Made by a program: the position numbers and the translations under genes. The notes under the pieces were generated by a model, which was given only the letters and a program-made list of their open reading frames with translations, was not told where the DNA came from and ran no database searches. 38,571 nucleotides of DNA, from positions 1-38,571 of the forward strand of contig CAYVYK010000014.1 of assembly GCA_964455675.1 (NCBI GenBank), in the 5' to 3' direction. Shown one piece after another: positions 16,660-26,065 of the stretch (the first letter of the stretch is position 1; every line of letters starts with the position of its first letter). Source of the DNA: an uncultured Methanosarcinales archaeon. GTDB lineage: Archaea > Nanobdellota > Nanobdellia > Woesearchaeales > CAYVYK01.

Positions 16660-17901
16660 ATGGACGGTCACTGTTTGTACTGCAAGAAGAAGAATCCGGA
16701 AGGTTTCTGCGGGAGGCCTCAGTGTCCCTTTCTTCATCGTTCGCAAACGATGTTTAAGGTGCGGGAGCGACTGCCGGAAAAGGACTTTGCTGGTCAATCC
16801 CCCACGCCCTTTGTGGGAAGGTTTGGCTATCCGTATGTGAATGTGGGTCTTCTTACTCCCGTTGCGCCCGATGATGATGTCGCGCATTATGACGCTCCGC
16901 GCTTCTGGGGCGCGAGTGCCTTGCCGATTCCTCGTGTTGTTGACTACCGCTCGGCCCTCGTCAACTCGCGCTTCACTGCGGACATTCGATCAGGAGAGCG
17001 GATTCTGAATATCGTGAAGGAAGTTGGTATGGCGTCAAGGCCAGTTGATCTTGAGATTGGTCTTAAGGACAAGCCTTCATTTTCGTTTCATGTTGATATG
17101 ACGGCTGCCCCCCATGGCCCAAGCGCCGTCCTTGATCGTGTCCATATTACATCAAATCCGAAAGTCGATACCAAGGTGGATAAGGTTGTTTCAGATACTG
17201 ATTGGAAGGCAGTTGATGCGATGAATTACCTTTACGAGCATGAGTTTGACGAGAATTTTCTCTCCCGGATGCTGTCCGTCGGTAATGTGGGTATTAAGGC
17301 GAATAGGAGGCTCGTGCCGACGCGCTGGAGTATCACCGCTGTTGATGATTCTCTTGGCAAACGCCGGATTATGCAGGTGAAGGATTTTGAGCCTGCCGAC
17401 TATCAAGTGTATGTTGGTGGATACCTCGGTAACTATTACATTATTCTCTTCTATCCTGAGCCTTGGTCGTATGAGCTTTTTGAAAGTTACATTCCTGCTG
17501 GAGTGGAATTCATGCGTTCTCCGCCTGATTTCGCGACCGACTTTGAGCCTTACGAGGGCCGTAAGGAATATGCGAAGAACACGGTCGGTGGGTATTATGC
17601 GGCACGCCTCCCCATTCTTGATAGGCTTCATGCGGCAAAGCGTCAGGCAAGCGTTCTTGCCTTAAGGTTCATCACGGACGAGTATGCGATTCATCTTGGT
17701 GTATGGGTCGTGCGCGAGGCGACAAGGAACGCCATGCTCGCGAAGCCTTTGGTATTCTCCTCAAGGGAGCTAATGGAAAAGTATGTTACTGCTCTCCTTC
17801 TAAAGAGGTTTGGTGTGAATGCCCAGCATTTTTTTACCGCAAGTATTTTATTGCGGCGTCTTTCCACTCAAAGGAAGTTGTCAGCATTTGGTGCAGTATG
17901 A
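16660..17901 (+). CDS. nreA: Archaeal DNA repair protein NreA (PCNA-interacting)
   Basis: N-terminal CxxC...CGRPQCP, FVGRFGYPYV, RRLVPTRWSITAVD, GGYYAARL, LGVWVVRE and a C-terminal PIP box QRKLSAF. Confidence 0.9.
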   Translation: MDGHCLYCKKKNPEGFCGRPQCPFLHRSQTMFKVRERLPEKDFAGQSPTPFVGRFGYPYVNVGLLTPVAPDDDVAHYDAPRFWGASALPIPRVVDYRSALVNSRFTADIRSGERILNIVKEVGMASRPVDLEIGLKDKPSFSFHVDMTAAPHGPSAVLDRVHITSNPKVDTKVDKVVSDTDWKAVDAMNYLYEHEFDENFLSRMLSVGNVGIKANRRLVPTRWSITAVDDSLGKRRIMQVKDFEPADYQVYVGGYLGNYYIILFYPEPWSYELFESYIPAGVEFMRSPPDFATDFEPYEGRKEYAKNTVGGYYAARLPILDRLHAAKRQASVLALRFITDEYAIHLGVWVVREATRNAMLAKPLVFSSRELMEKYVTALLLKRFGVNAQHFFTASILLRRLSTQRKLSAFGAV

Positions 17902-18605
17902 AGGATTCAGCGACGTATATACAGAATTTGAGGAAAGTCCTGCTCGAGTTAAGGAGTCTTCCTGCTGCAAGTTCTGCGAAGTCCTATAGTTATTCTGGCC
18001 AGCGGCGTTCGTATCTTGTCAAGAATCGCGATCGCCTTTGTGCTGAATTGAAGAAGCATTGGGATCCTATTGTCGTCGACGACCTGGATCGCAATTCGAG
18101 GATTCTCCTCGAGAAGTTTCGTGATGAGGGTCTTCCTGATGATAAGCTCTCTGATCTTTTGGATCGTGCGGAGTCCTGGCAGGTTCCAAAGGAGAAGGAG
18201 TCCCTTCTTTCATTCCTTGTTCCGTCGAGATTGCCTGATGACATTCGCGATGATGTTGTTGCTGACATTCGCGAGCTTGAGAAGTGTTATCAGAACGATT
18301 GTTTTCGGAGCTGCATTATCCTTTGTGGCAGGATTCTTGAGGCGGTGCTCCATCGTATTTATTTTGAGCGCACGAATTTTGACATTCTCGAGAAGAATCC
18401 TGGCATTGGTCTTGGTACCTTGATCGCCAAGATGGATGAGAAAGGCATCAAGCTTGATCCTGGACTGACGCAGCAGATCCATCTGATTAATCAGGTCCGC
18501 GTGTTCAGTGTCCACAAGAAGAAGGAAGCGTTCTATCCGTCGAAGGCGCAGACGCAGGCGATAATTCTCTTCACCATGGACATTGTGACCAAGTTTTTTG
18601 GTTAG
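17898..18605 (+). CDS. HEPN/DUF4145-like domain protein
   Basis: ATG 17898 overlaps the nreA stop (ATGA). ELEKCY...SCIILCGRILEAVL...LGTLI...INQVRVFSVH includes an RxxxxH motif. Confidence 0.75.
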   Translation: MKDSATYIQNLRKVLLELRSLPAASSAKSYSYSGQRRSYLVKNRDRLCAELKKHWDPIVVDDLDRNSRILLEKFRDEGLPDDKLSDLLDRAESWQVPKEKESLLSFLVPSRLPDDIRDDVVADIRELEKCYQNDCFRSCIILCGRILEAVLHRIYFERTNFDILEKNPGIGLGTLIAKMDEKGIKLDPGLTQQIHLINQVRVFSVHKKKEAFYPSKAQTQAIILFTMDIVTKFFG

Positions 18606-18746
18606 ATCATGAGCAATACATTTAAATAGTTAATATCCTAAAAATTCTAGAGCATGATGAGGTTGTTATCATCGAACGGTTTTCTGGTAATACTCGCGGA
18701 GTGATCAGGATTCCTTCTCAAAATCAGACTCAAGGAGGTAAGCAAC

Positions 18747-18779
18747 ATGGCAAAAAAAGTAAAGAAGAAAAAGAAGTAA
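18747..18779 (+). CDS. Putative lysine-rich micropeptide MAKKVKKKKK
   Basis: Perfect AAGGAGGT Shine-Dalgarno at 18732-18739, 7 nt before the ATG; TATA-like TTTAAATA at 18621. Confidence 0.5.
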   Translation: MAKKVKKKKK

Positions 18780-18788
18780 TCATTTTCG

Positions 18789-18830
18789 GGGCTGCTGGGC
18801 CCAAGTTTCGGCTCAGCAATGCCTATTTTT
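18789..18830 (+). terminator. Hairpin followed by a short T tract, between the two micro-ORFs
   Basis: TGCTGGGCC (18793-18801) pairs with GGCTCAGCA (18810-18818, one G-U), followed by ATTTTT. Confidence 0.4.
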
Positions 18831-18841
18831 GAGGTGCATAT

Positions 18842-18889
18842 ATGTGCGACTATGATGACGATGATGATAACGACCCTGATGACGATTAA
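18842..18889 (+). CDS. Putative aspartate-rich micropeptide MCDYDDDDDNDPDDD
   Basis: GAGGTG Shine-Dalgarno at 18831-18836, 5 nt before the ATG; mixed GAT/GAC Asp codons in one frame. Confidence 0.45.
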   Translation: MCDYDDDDDNDPDDD

Positions 18890-18895
18890 GCTGCC

Positions 18896-19396
18896 TTAAC
18901 GTTCTCTTCGGACTTTCTCAAATATTTTACTTCCTTCTTTGTTGATAACGTTATGTCCCTGATGGAGCGATCGTCGGAAGCTCTTCTTTGCGCGTTCGGA
19001 TTCGCCAAGCTTTTCTGCGACAACACCGTGGTAATACCAGTATTCTGGGTCCTCTCGTTTGAGAATTGCTTGCTCGATGAGCGTTTTTCCTTTTCGCAGG
19101 AGCTCTTCGCGACGTAGCTCTTCGTGGTAGTAATAGCAAGTGAGGCCGTAGTGGAACGATATGAGCGCTTCCTCCTTGTTATGCTGCAGCGCCTCTTCAA
19201 AATGCTTGCTGCTCTTTTGAAAACTCCCAAGGTGTGAGTGGCAGAGTGCGAGGTAGTGGTTGACGAGCGCAACATCTCCGCTGTTGAGCGTTTCCATATC
19301 GACGCTGCCAAACGCCTTGAGGGCTTCCTTGTACTTTCTTTGGCGGAAATGGTTTTCTCCCTCAAGGAATTTTTCTCGGCGTTCTCGATCATCCAT
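18896..19396 (-). CDS. Tetratricopeptide-repeat protein
   Basis: Repeated TPR-like helices (YLALCHSHLGSFQKSSKHFEEAL; YWYYHGVVAEKLGESERAKKSFRRSL). Confidence 0.85.
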   Translation of the reverse strand: MDDRERREKFLEGENHFRQRKYKEALKAFGSVDMETLNSGDVALVNHYLALCHSHLGSFQKSSKHFEEALQHNKEEALISFHYGLTCYYYHEELRREELLRKGKTLIEQAILKREDPEYWYYHGVVAEKLGESERAKKSFRRSLHQGHNVINKEGSKIFEKVRRER

Positions 19397-19477
19397 GGAT
19401 GAGCGGATTATTGAGGGATTATTTTAATTTTTGCCGCGGCCGTCAGGTATTTATACTCTTGACTTCATGCTTGGCAT

Positions 19478-22400
19478 ATGCGTACGATCTATTTCGTAGT
19501 GCTCGCATCGTTCGTACTAAGTGCGTGTATGACCGGTAACACGATTCGTGATGTGAGTATTTTTCATCGGCCTTTGGCAAGGCAACCTTTGGATAATGAT
19601 GCCTTTGAGACTGATGTCCTGGAGGATGATGCGCTCATTGGATATTGTTCTGATAGTGATGGCGAGAATGTTCATACCGCTGGTTTTGTTACGGATGAGG
19701 GTTCTGGATATACTGGTGGTCCTGACGTATGCCTAGATGAGGTCGTGCTGAAGGAAATGATATGCACCACGAATCATGCGGATTCGTTTACGTTTTCATG
19801 TTCTGATCTCATGGAGTATTGTGACGCTGGCCGATGTGTGCAGTGTTTAAATGACGTGCACTGTGGAAGTGGCGCGCGCTGTGTCAACAATGAGTGCGTG
19901 CACGTTCTGCCAATGACGACGGCGTCGCGTACGGAGTGTGTCGCGCCATGCGCCGTTTTTTTTGACACGATTGATGTCGCGGAGGGTGCGTGGAATCCTG
20001 CAGGTCCGGGACAGAATCCTGCGTGGTTTTCAGGTGTTGTTCAGGGTGAGCATTTCCAGGATTTGTTGTATGAGTGGGATTTTGGTGATCCGTCCTCGGG
20101 CGATTGGATTTATGGTGTTGAGGGCAGATCCAAGAATCATGCGGCGGGTCCGCTTGTGGCGCATGTATACGAGGTGCCCGGTATGTACACTGTCCTGCTC
20201 GACGTGAGGGATGCGTGGGGGGTGCATCACTATTTCCAGGATCTTGAGGTTCTTCCGTATCCCGGGAGTGGTTGGGAGCATACGTACTATGTTGCGGAGG
20301 ATGGAAACGATGCAAATGATGGTTCTTTGGAGCATCCTTGGCGTACTGTTGACCGGGCGTTTTCCATGGCTCTTCCAAGTACGAGGCTCCTCTTCAAGCG
20401 TGGTGATGAGTTTGCGGTAAACCAGGTTATTCGGACAACTGTTGACGGTCCTGTGCATGTTGACGCATACGGTGAGGGTAAGAAGCCCCATTTCATTGCA
20501 GGTCCTCTGTTTCATGAGAACGTGACGTATGACAGCATGTTCTATGTTCGGCATGATGATTGGTCGTTCATGAACCTTAATATCACCGGCGCCTGGAATG
20601 GTCTTGATTTGCTTGCTGGCGGCCCCATCATTAAGCCCATTGATTGGGCTAGGAATACCTTGATGTTTAAGGTGGATGCGGGCTGGTCTCGAAATGGTCT
20701 TGAGTCCTCCTTCAGTTCTTACACAACGATTTATGAGTGCACGAATGGTCCTACCGAGAGTGTAGGCTCGACGGTCTTTAATTCCCGTCATTCTGCGATT
20801 CTTGGCTCTCACTTCCATGATGCGAAAAGTTCCCATAATTTTTACACGCTATCGACGTTCAAGAATGTGTACTCGAATAATCTCATCGAGCGCGCTGGAG
20901 GTGGTCGTCACAACATTCGAATTTGCGGCGCTGACGCGGGGAATAACTTCATTGCAAAGTACAACGTGATCGCGGATAATATGATCAACGCTGGGACTTG
21001 GCTCTCACTCTATATATCCCCGAATGTGAATAACCTCCTGCAGGTCATGGAGGACACTCTGATCGAGCGCAATGTTGTCTATAATACTTCGCAGTACGCT
21101 CTCCTGATTGGTCCCGGAGTGGATGGTATCACGGTGCGAAACAACCTGATGGATGGTAGTGTATGGATGAAGAAGCGTGATGATGACATCCATCCGCTGA
21201 CGTTGGATCAGGAGGATGTTCTGATAGAGCATAATACGCTCCTCAAGACGAATCTTGAGGGTGTTTCTGTAATTGAGTTATTGAATCCTCTTGCAAAACG
21301 TATTTCCATCCGGAATAATATTCTGCACTCCGTGTTCCCTCACGGTGCTGCGCTTGTATATCATATTGCTGACTTTGAACTGCTAAATGAGGTAACAACA
21401 GACCATAATGTTCTGCATGTTCCGCATTCAGAGGATGTTGTCCGCTTCGCGTATGGTGAGTATAGTATGAACATGATGCAGTGGCAGGCGCTCGGACAGG
21501 ATTCCGATTCATTCGAAGCTGATCCATCGTATCTGCAGCCTGATTATGAGCATGTTCCTGACGGTAATTTCCGTCTGTTGTTCGGCTCCCCCGCGATTGA
21601 TGCTGGGTTGTCATCCCTCGATTACGATCTTGACAATTTCCCCCGTCCCTTTGACGGCGATGGTGATGGTATTCCACGCCCGGATAGTGGTGCCTTTGAG
21701 TATCATGGCTGTTCAATGGATGCCGCTTGCCCTAGCGATGTCGCATGTGTTGACTGGTCGTGTTTGGATTCCCGATGTGTGAGAACCGAGCTTGCCGGGG
21801 TTTGTGATGATGGTATTGACTGCACAATGGATGATACCTGTGTAGGTGGAGTATGCGTCGGTACTCCGTTTGATGGCGCTTGCGCGGATGTTCCGGTTTG
21901 CGCGGAAAAAACGTGTGGCGCGATGGGTTGCACGTATGGTTCTTGTGATTCCTCGCTCGTCTTCGCTTGGTCTGCGGATGATGATCCGTCTGACGGTTCT
22001 GTTCCTGATCTCTCCCCATTCCATAATGATGCGAGTTGTGTTTCCTGTCCCGCGCGCATCGTTGATGGTGATCGTACTGTGTATGCGTTCGATGGTGCGG
22101 GTTCGTTTTTGTCCGTTCCCGATAATCCCTCGCTTGACATGACGGATGCTGTTTCCATTGTGCTTTGGGCGAAAACTGCGCAGAGTTATACTGACCCGTA
22201 TCCTAGTCTCGTCGCCAAGGGTGATGCTGGGTATTCGCTTAGGTTCTTTGGTTTGGCTCCTGCTCCAAGCGGTGCTGAATTGTACACCTGGGCGGGCGGC
22301 GTGAACACTCGGAGTGGGCTTTTTGCTCCTGTTGGGGAATGGAACTTTCTTGCAGTTGTCTTTCATCAGGGTCTTGTTGATTTCTACGTGAATGACGAGT

Positions 22401-22567
22401 CCGTCCTGAGTCGGCCTGGGGGTGGGAGCATTTCCGCAAATAACATCCCCCTTACGATTGCAAGGAGCACGGGCGAGCGTGAGTATGACGGTTTGATCGA
22501 TGACTTGTACGTGTTTAATCGCGCTCTTTCGCCTGCGGAGATCGAAGGTCTTCGCGCCGTGCAGTAA
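19478..22567 (+). CDS. Secreted/lipoprotein-like surface protein: Cys-rich repeats, PKD domain, right-handed beta-helix, C-terminal LamG domain
   Basis: Signal ending VLSAC; CSDSDG repeat; YEWDFGD...AHVYEVPGMYTV (PKD); YYVAEDGNDANDGSLEHPWRT beta-helix start; SPAIDAG...PDSGAFEY; CDDGIDCTMDDTC; YDGLIDDLYVFNRALSPAEI (LamG). Confidence 0.9.
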   Translation: MRTIYFVVLASFVLSACMTGNTIRDVSIFHRPLARQPLDNDAFETDVLEDDALIGYCSDSDGENVHTAGFVTDEGSGYTGGPDVCLDEVVLKEMICTTNHADSFTFSCSDLMEYCDAGRCVQCLNDVHCGSGARCVNNECVHVLPMTTASRTECVAPCAVFFDTIDVAEGAWNPAGPGQNPAWFSGVVQGEHFQDLLYEWDFGDPSSGDWIYGVEGRSKNHAAGPLVAHVYEVPGMYTVLLDVRDAWGVHHYFQDLEVLPYPGSGWEHTYYVAEDGNDANDGSLEHPWRTVDRAFSMALPSTRLLFKRGDEFAVNQVIRTTVDGPVHVDAYGEGKKPHFIAGPLFHENVTYDSMFYVRHDDWSFMNLNITGAWNGLDLLAGGPIIKPIDWARNTLMFKVDAGWSRNGLESSFSSYTTIYECTNGPTESVGSTVFNSRHSAILGSHFHDAKSSHNFYTLSTFKNVYSNNLIERAGGGRHNIRICGADAGNNFIAKYNVIADNMINAGTWLSLYISPNVNNLLQVMEDTLIERNVVYNTSQYALLIGPGVDGITVRNNLMDGSVWMKKRDDDIHPLTLDQEDVLIEHNTLLKTNLEGVSVIELLNPLAKRISIRNNILHSVFPHGAALVYHIADFELLNEVTTDHNVLHVPHSEDVVRFAYGEYSMNMMQWQALGQDSDSFEADPSYLQPDYEHVPDGNFRLLFGSPAIDAGLSSLDYDLDNFPRPFDGDGDGIPRPDSGAFEYHGCSMDAACPSDVACVDWSCLDSRCVRTELAGVCDDGIDCTMDDTCVGGVCVGTPFDGACADVPVCAEKTCGAMGCTYGSCDSSLVFAWSADDDPSDGSVPDLSPFHNDASCVSCPARIVDGDRTVYAFDGAGSFLSVPDNPSLDMTDAVSIVLWAKTAQSYTDPYPSLVAKGDAGYSLRFFGLAPAPSGAELYTWAGGVNTRSGLFAPVGEWNFLAVVFHQGLVDFYVNDESVLSRPGGGSISANNIPLTIARSTGEREYDGLIDDLYVFNRALSPAEIEGLRAVQ

Positions 22568-22575
22568 TGATTGCC

Positions 22576-25083
22576 TTACCTGATCTCGTTGAGAAATCTC
22601 TTGATTGTCTTGATGATGTGCTCGGGCTGTGTTCGGAACACCGCAGTTACTTGCGCTAGGATATCTCCTTCTGACTTCTTTTGCGATCCAAGGGTGAATT
22701 CCTGTTGGTTGATGCTCTCTCCTTTCTTCTTGAGTTTCTGAGCCTTTTTCCAGAGTAAAAACAGTTCCTCGCATCGCCCCGGAAGCTGTTCAATTCTGCA
22801 CCCAAGGAGTTTTGCGGCTTCCGCAAGGATTTCCTCATGAGTGCCGCATACTCCTTCTGCTGCCCCGCCCGCTGTGAACGTGATGCGGACGATCCCGTCC
22901 TGGATTTTTGTGGTCTTGATGATCTTGATCGTGCCAACTTCCCCTGTGGTGTTGAGGTGCGTTCCGCCGCATGCTTCGACGTCGTATGTTGGGATGTTCA
23001 CGATGCGGAGGTTCTTTCCTGGAACCGCCCCTCCTTGGTATATGCGCATGCCGTAATCTTTTTCGGCGTCTCCTCTGCTCATGAACCTCTTTTCGATCGT
23101 GATGTTCTTGCAGACGATCTCGTTGGCCTTTTTCTCGATTTTTTTGACCTCATCGTCAGTGAGCGATTCATAGTGTGTGATGTCAAGGTGCGCTTTGTCC
23201 ATTCCTTTTTTTGCTCCTGCCTGGTTGATGTGATTGCCGAGGATAATCCGTGCAGCGACGTTCAGGATGTGTGTTGCAGAATGGTGCTGTGCAAGCTGCT
23301 TTCGCCGTTCTTTGTCCACGACTACGTCAACCTTCTCTCCTGCCGTAAATGATGGTTCCTGCGCGAGCACATGGATGATATGTGGTCCTTGTTTGATAAC
23401 GTCAACTATCGCAATACCTCCGACTGACCCGATGTCGTGGAGCTGTCCTCCGCTCGTGGGGTATGCGATTGTCGTGTCAAGGACGACGTTTGTCCCGATG
23501 ATTTTAAGGACTGTGCTCTTGCCCTCTGTTTTGAGGTAGTCCCCAAAATAGTCTCCTTCTGAGGGAGGAATTCCGGAGAGGTCGAGTCCAAGGCCTCTTC
23601 CTGTTGCGTGTTCCTGTTTCTGGTTCTCGTGCCGCTCGGCAACTTTCATGAAGAAGTCCTCGGGTACCTTGACTTTGATATTGAGTTTTTTCCCTTCGTC
23701 CTCTACCATCGCTGGCGAGATGCCGTGGCTGTCGTAGAGTTCGATGAGTTTTTCCGTGCTGATCGTCTGCCCGGAGAGTTTGACAAGGATTTCGCGTGAC
23801 TTTTCGCGTGTTGCGGAAAATTTTGCTTTTTCGACGGCAAGGATCTTCTGTACTTGTTCGAGGTTTTCTGCGAGTTCCGGAAAGAGCGGCTTGAGGTATG
23901 TCGCGTGCCACGCGCATACTTCTCCGATGTCTATGTCCCATCCGTACTTGTCGATGAATCCAAGCGCTCTTCGAAGGATGACGCGCAGGTTGTACCCGCC
24001 TCCGACATTGCTTGGTAGCGCCCCGTCCGTGAGCGCGACAAGGAGGCTTCGTGCGTGTTCTCCAACGGAGTACTGCGCAGCAAGAGGTAGCACCGCTGTG
24101 CGGAGTTCGTTCGTATCCATGCCGAGTTTTCCGGCAACATTCCCCCATGCCGTGGTGATATCCTCGATTTCATCGATATTGAGATAGCTTGAGTAAGGTA
24201 GGAATCGCTGCATGAGTTTCTCGTCGAACTTCACGCCTGTGATCTTTCGGAGTTTTTTTGTAACTGTTGGAAATACCGATTCGTAGCTTGTGCTCGTTCC
24301 TTTCGTGAACCATGCGTTGCGTTCGTGCCCCATCCCCATGTCAAGGACGCGCAGCTTGAGTGGTTTTCCGCCCGTGGGTGTTTGTTCATACATCATGTAC
24401 ACTTGGTTTCCAAGTTCCAGGCCTCGTGAGAAGAATTCCATACATGGACCGTAGTTCCCTCCTCCCGCCCATGCGTCTTCGTGATATGTAATCTCGGAAT
24501 TCGGAAGTCCAATGCCCGCTGTGAGCCATCGATGGATGTCGCGGAAATACTTTTCTTGGTCCCAATCTTTCTCCTGCATGAATGCGTGCTGTCCGATCAT
24601 CACGAATCCCGTGTAGTGCGCTCCTGTGATGCCAACATTATCAATATCATTGAACCTGAGCGAGAACTGTGGCACGACAAGCGGGTTTGCTGGTGGGCTA
24701 ACTTCTCCTGATACAACATACGGCTGGAAGTCGTAGATGCTTGCCTGCACGAAGTCGGTGTCATCTCTCCATCGAGCGACGACGGGGTAGCGCGGTATCG
24801 GTGTGTATCCCCATTTCTTGAAGAGCCGCGAGAATGTCTTCCACACTTCGATATAAGTCATCTCGTTCTTTGCCGGTGTCCCGTTGATGAACCGAAAGCC
24901 CCCGCTGCATGATGGGTCGCCGCATACGTTCTGATCGGTTTGTACGCTCCAGAACCACGTCCCGCACGTGGCGCACTGCCTGCGCTGGAATCCCTCTTCT
25001 TTGAGGACGCGGACTGCATAGTACTTCTCTGGATTCTTTGAGGCTTCCCCCTTGAACTGCCGCTTGATGTCCTTATCGCCCAT
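22576..25083 (-). CDS. alaS: Alanine--tRNA ligase, archaeal type
   Basis: CATCGTWFWS...CGDPSC, RYPVVARWRDD, ASIYDFQP, GLELGNQV, DMGMGHER, PSNVGGGYNLR; editing domain HSATH...EACGGTH. Confidence 0.97.
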   Translation of the reverse strand: MGDKDIKRQFKGEASKNPEKYYAVRVLKEEGFQRRQCATCGTWFWSVQTDQNVCGDPSCSGGFRFINGTPAKNEMTYIEVWKTFSRLFKKWGYTPIPRYPVVARWRDDTDFVQASIYDFQPYVVSGEVSPPANPLVVPQFSLRFNDIDNVGITGAHYTGFVMIGQHAFMQEKDWDQEKYFRDIHRWLTAGIGLPNSEITYHEDAWAGGGNYGPCMEFFSRGLELGNQVYMMYEQTPTGGKPLKLRVLDMGMGHERNAWFTKGTSTSYESVFPTVTKKLRKITGVKFDEKLMQRFLPYSSYLNIDEIEDITTAWGNVAGKLGMDTNELRTAVLPLAAQYSVGEHARSLLVALTDGALPSNVGGGYNLRVILRRALGFIDKYGWDIDIGEVCAWHATYLKPLFPELAENLEQVQKILAVEKAKFSATREKSREILVKLSGQTISTEKLIELYDSHGISPAMVEDEGKKLNIKVKVPEDFFMKVAERHENQKQEHATGRGLGLDLSGIPPSEGDYFGDYLKTEGKSTVLKIIGTNVVLDTTIAYPTSGGQLHDIGSVGGIAIVDVIKQGPHIIHVLAQEPSFTAGEKVDVVVDKERRKQLAQHHSATHILNVAARIILGNHINQAGAKKGMDKAHLDITHYESLTDDEVKKIEKKANEIVCKNITIEKRFMSRGDAEKDYGMRIYQGGAVPGKNLRIVNIPTYDVEACGGTHLNTTGEVGTIKIIKTTKIQDGIVRITFTAGGAAEGVCGTHEEILAEAAKLLGCRIEQLPGRCEELFLLWKKAQKLKKKGESINQQEFTLGSQKKSEGDILAQVTAVFRTQPEHIIKTIKRFLNEIR

Positions 25084-25105
25084 GCCTTCTTGGTATCCTC
25101 AGTAA

Positions 25106-25113
25106 TTTATAAA
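25106..25113 (-). promoter_or_regulatory. TATA box of alaS (probably leaderless transcript)
   Basis: TTTATAAA 22-30 nt upstream of ATG 25083; no SD sequence. Confidence 0.6.
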
Positions 25114-25315
25114 TTTATGCCGTAAGCATGGATGCCTATCTGTTCGCTTGATGGCATGAACTCAGAGGTTGTGATCCAAGCGTCCAAAGTCGTCATGTTC
25201 CAGGATCGTGCAGGGAACAGGGCTTGCCGTCAGGCCGCAATATTTTTTTTTAGTTTTTACAGGCAAGCCTCGCAATAATAAGGGTGGTGGTCCAAATAGC
25301 GCTTATGGAATCAGT

Positions 25316-26065
25316 CTAGAACTTATTCAATACCGAATCTTTCTCAAGCACTTCAACGGCGTGGAGTGCATCTGTCACATTCAGCATCGTTTTCTCAAGG
25401 TTCGGTGCGTCGTCAAACCCGATCCGCGGGCATGCGGTATTCACCCATACCTTGATGAATGGGAAGTGCCCAAGATTATACAGATTGATTGTATCATCCA
25501 CGAAGAAGTAGAACGTTTTCGTCGGGTATGCCTTTTCAAGTATGAGTGCCGCATTGAGTTGCTGCTGTCCTGGTTTTAAGGTCACAAGTACTCCGATCTC
25601 ATCAAACTTCAGGAAGTTCTTGAGCGCGATGTGGTACTTGTGGAGGATTGTTCCTATCTCATCAATTCCAATGAGTCGGGTCCTCTGTTCGGGGGGGCTG
25701 TACACGAGCACGTCCCGCACAAGGCTTGGATGCAGGTCTTTTTGCGCAAGGAGTAGCGCCCGAGGGTGAAACATGCCATCGCCGATATAGAGATAGAGGT
25801 CGGGTATCTCGGCGATGTTGAGCGCGGAGTGGTACGCATCGCAGCCGAGTAATTGGGATTGTGCGGACGCTCGCGCTGGTTTTGACGTTATTACTTGGAT
25901 GTTCTCGGTGGCGAGCTGCCTCTCAATGATTGAGAGTCTGTCGATGAATTGCACGGATGAGTAGAGAGCGATTTTCCGAACATTCAGCCTATGGAGTATC
26001 TGCACGGCTTCCGCGGACAGTTTCACATCACCCGTGTATGGCGCCGTGAACCGGACAACTTTCAT
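25316..26065 (-). CDS. dph2: Diphthamide synthesis protein Dph2, C-terminal two domains (split gene; alternative start 26071)
   Basis: SSVQF, QLLGCD, YIGDGMFHP, KPGQ and NTACPRI motifs. The ATG at 26065 overlaps the upstream stop (ATGA). Confidence 0.88.
   Translation of the reverse strand: MKVVRFTAPYTGDVKLSAEAVQILHRLNVRKIALYSSVQFIDRLSIIERQLATENIQVITSKPARASAQSQLLGCDAYHSALNIAEIPDLYLYIGDGMFHPRALLLAQKDLHPSLVRDVLVYSPPEQRTRLIGIDEIGTILHKYHIALKNFLKFDEIGVLVTLKPGQQQLNAALILEKAYPTKTFYFFVDDTINLYNLGHFPFIKVWVNTACPRIGFDDAPNLEKTMLNVTDALHAVEVLEKDSVLNKF

Noticed and set aside
16552..16887. Long N-terminal extensions in the ORF track for the DHH gene, and likewise for 17703, 30036, 34211 and 34300
   Set aside because: They overlap neighbouring genes or promoters; downstream ATGs fit the TATA/RBS spacing and family N-termini better.
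25190..25275. Inverted repeats TGTTCC/GGAACA and GGCTTGCC/GGCAAGCC around a T tract between dph2 and alaS
   Set aside because: Short stems with long loops, single copy and no covariation evidence; not enough to call an RNA.
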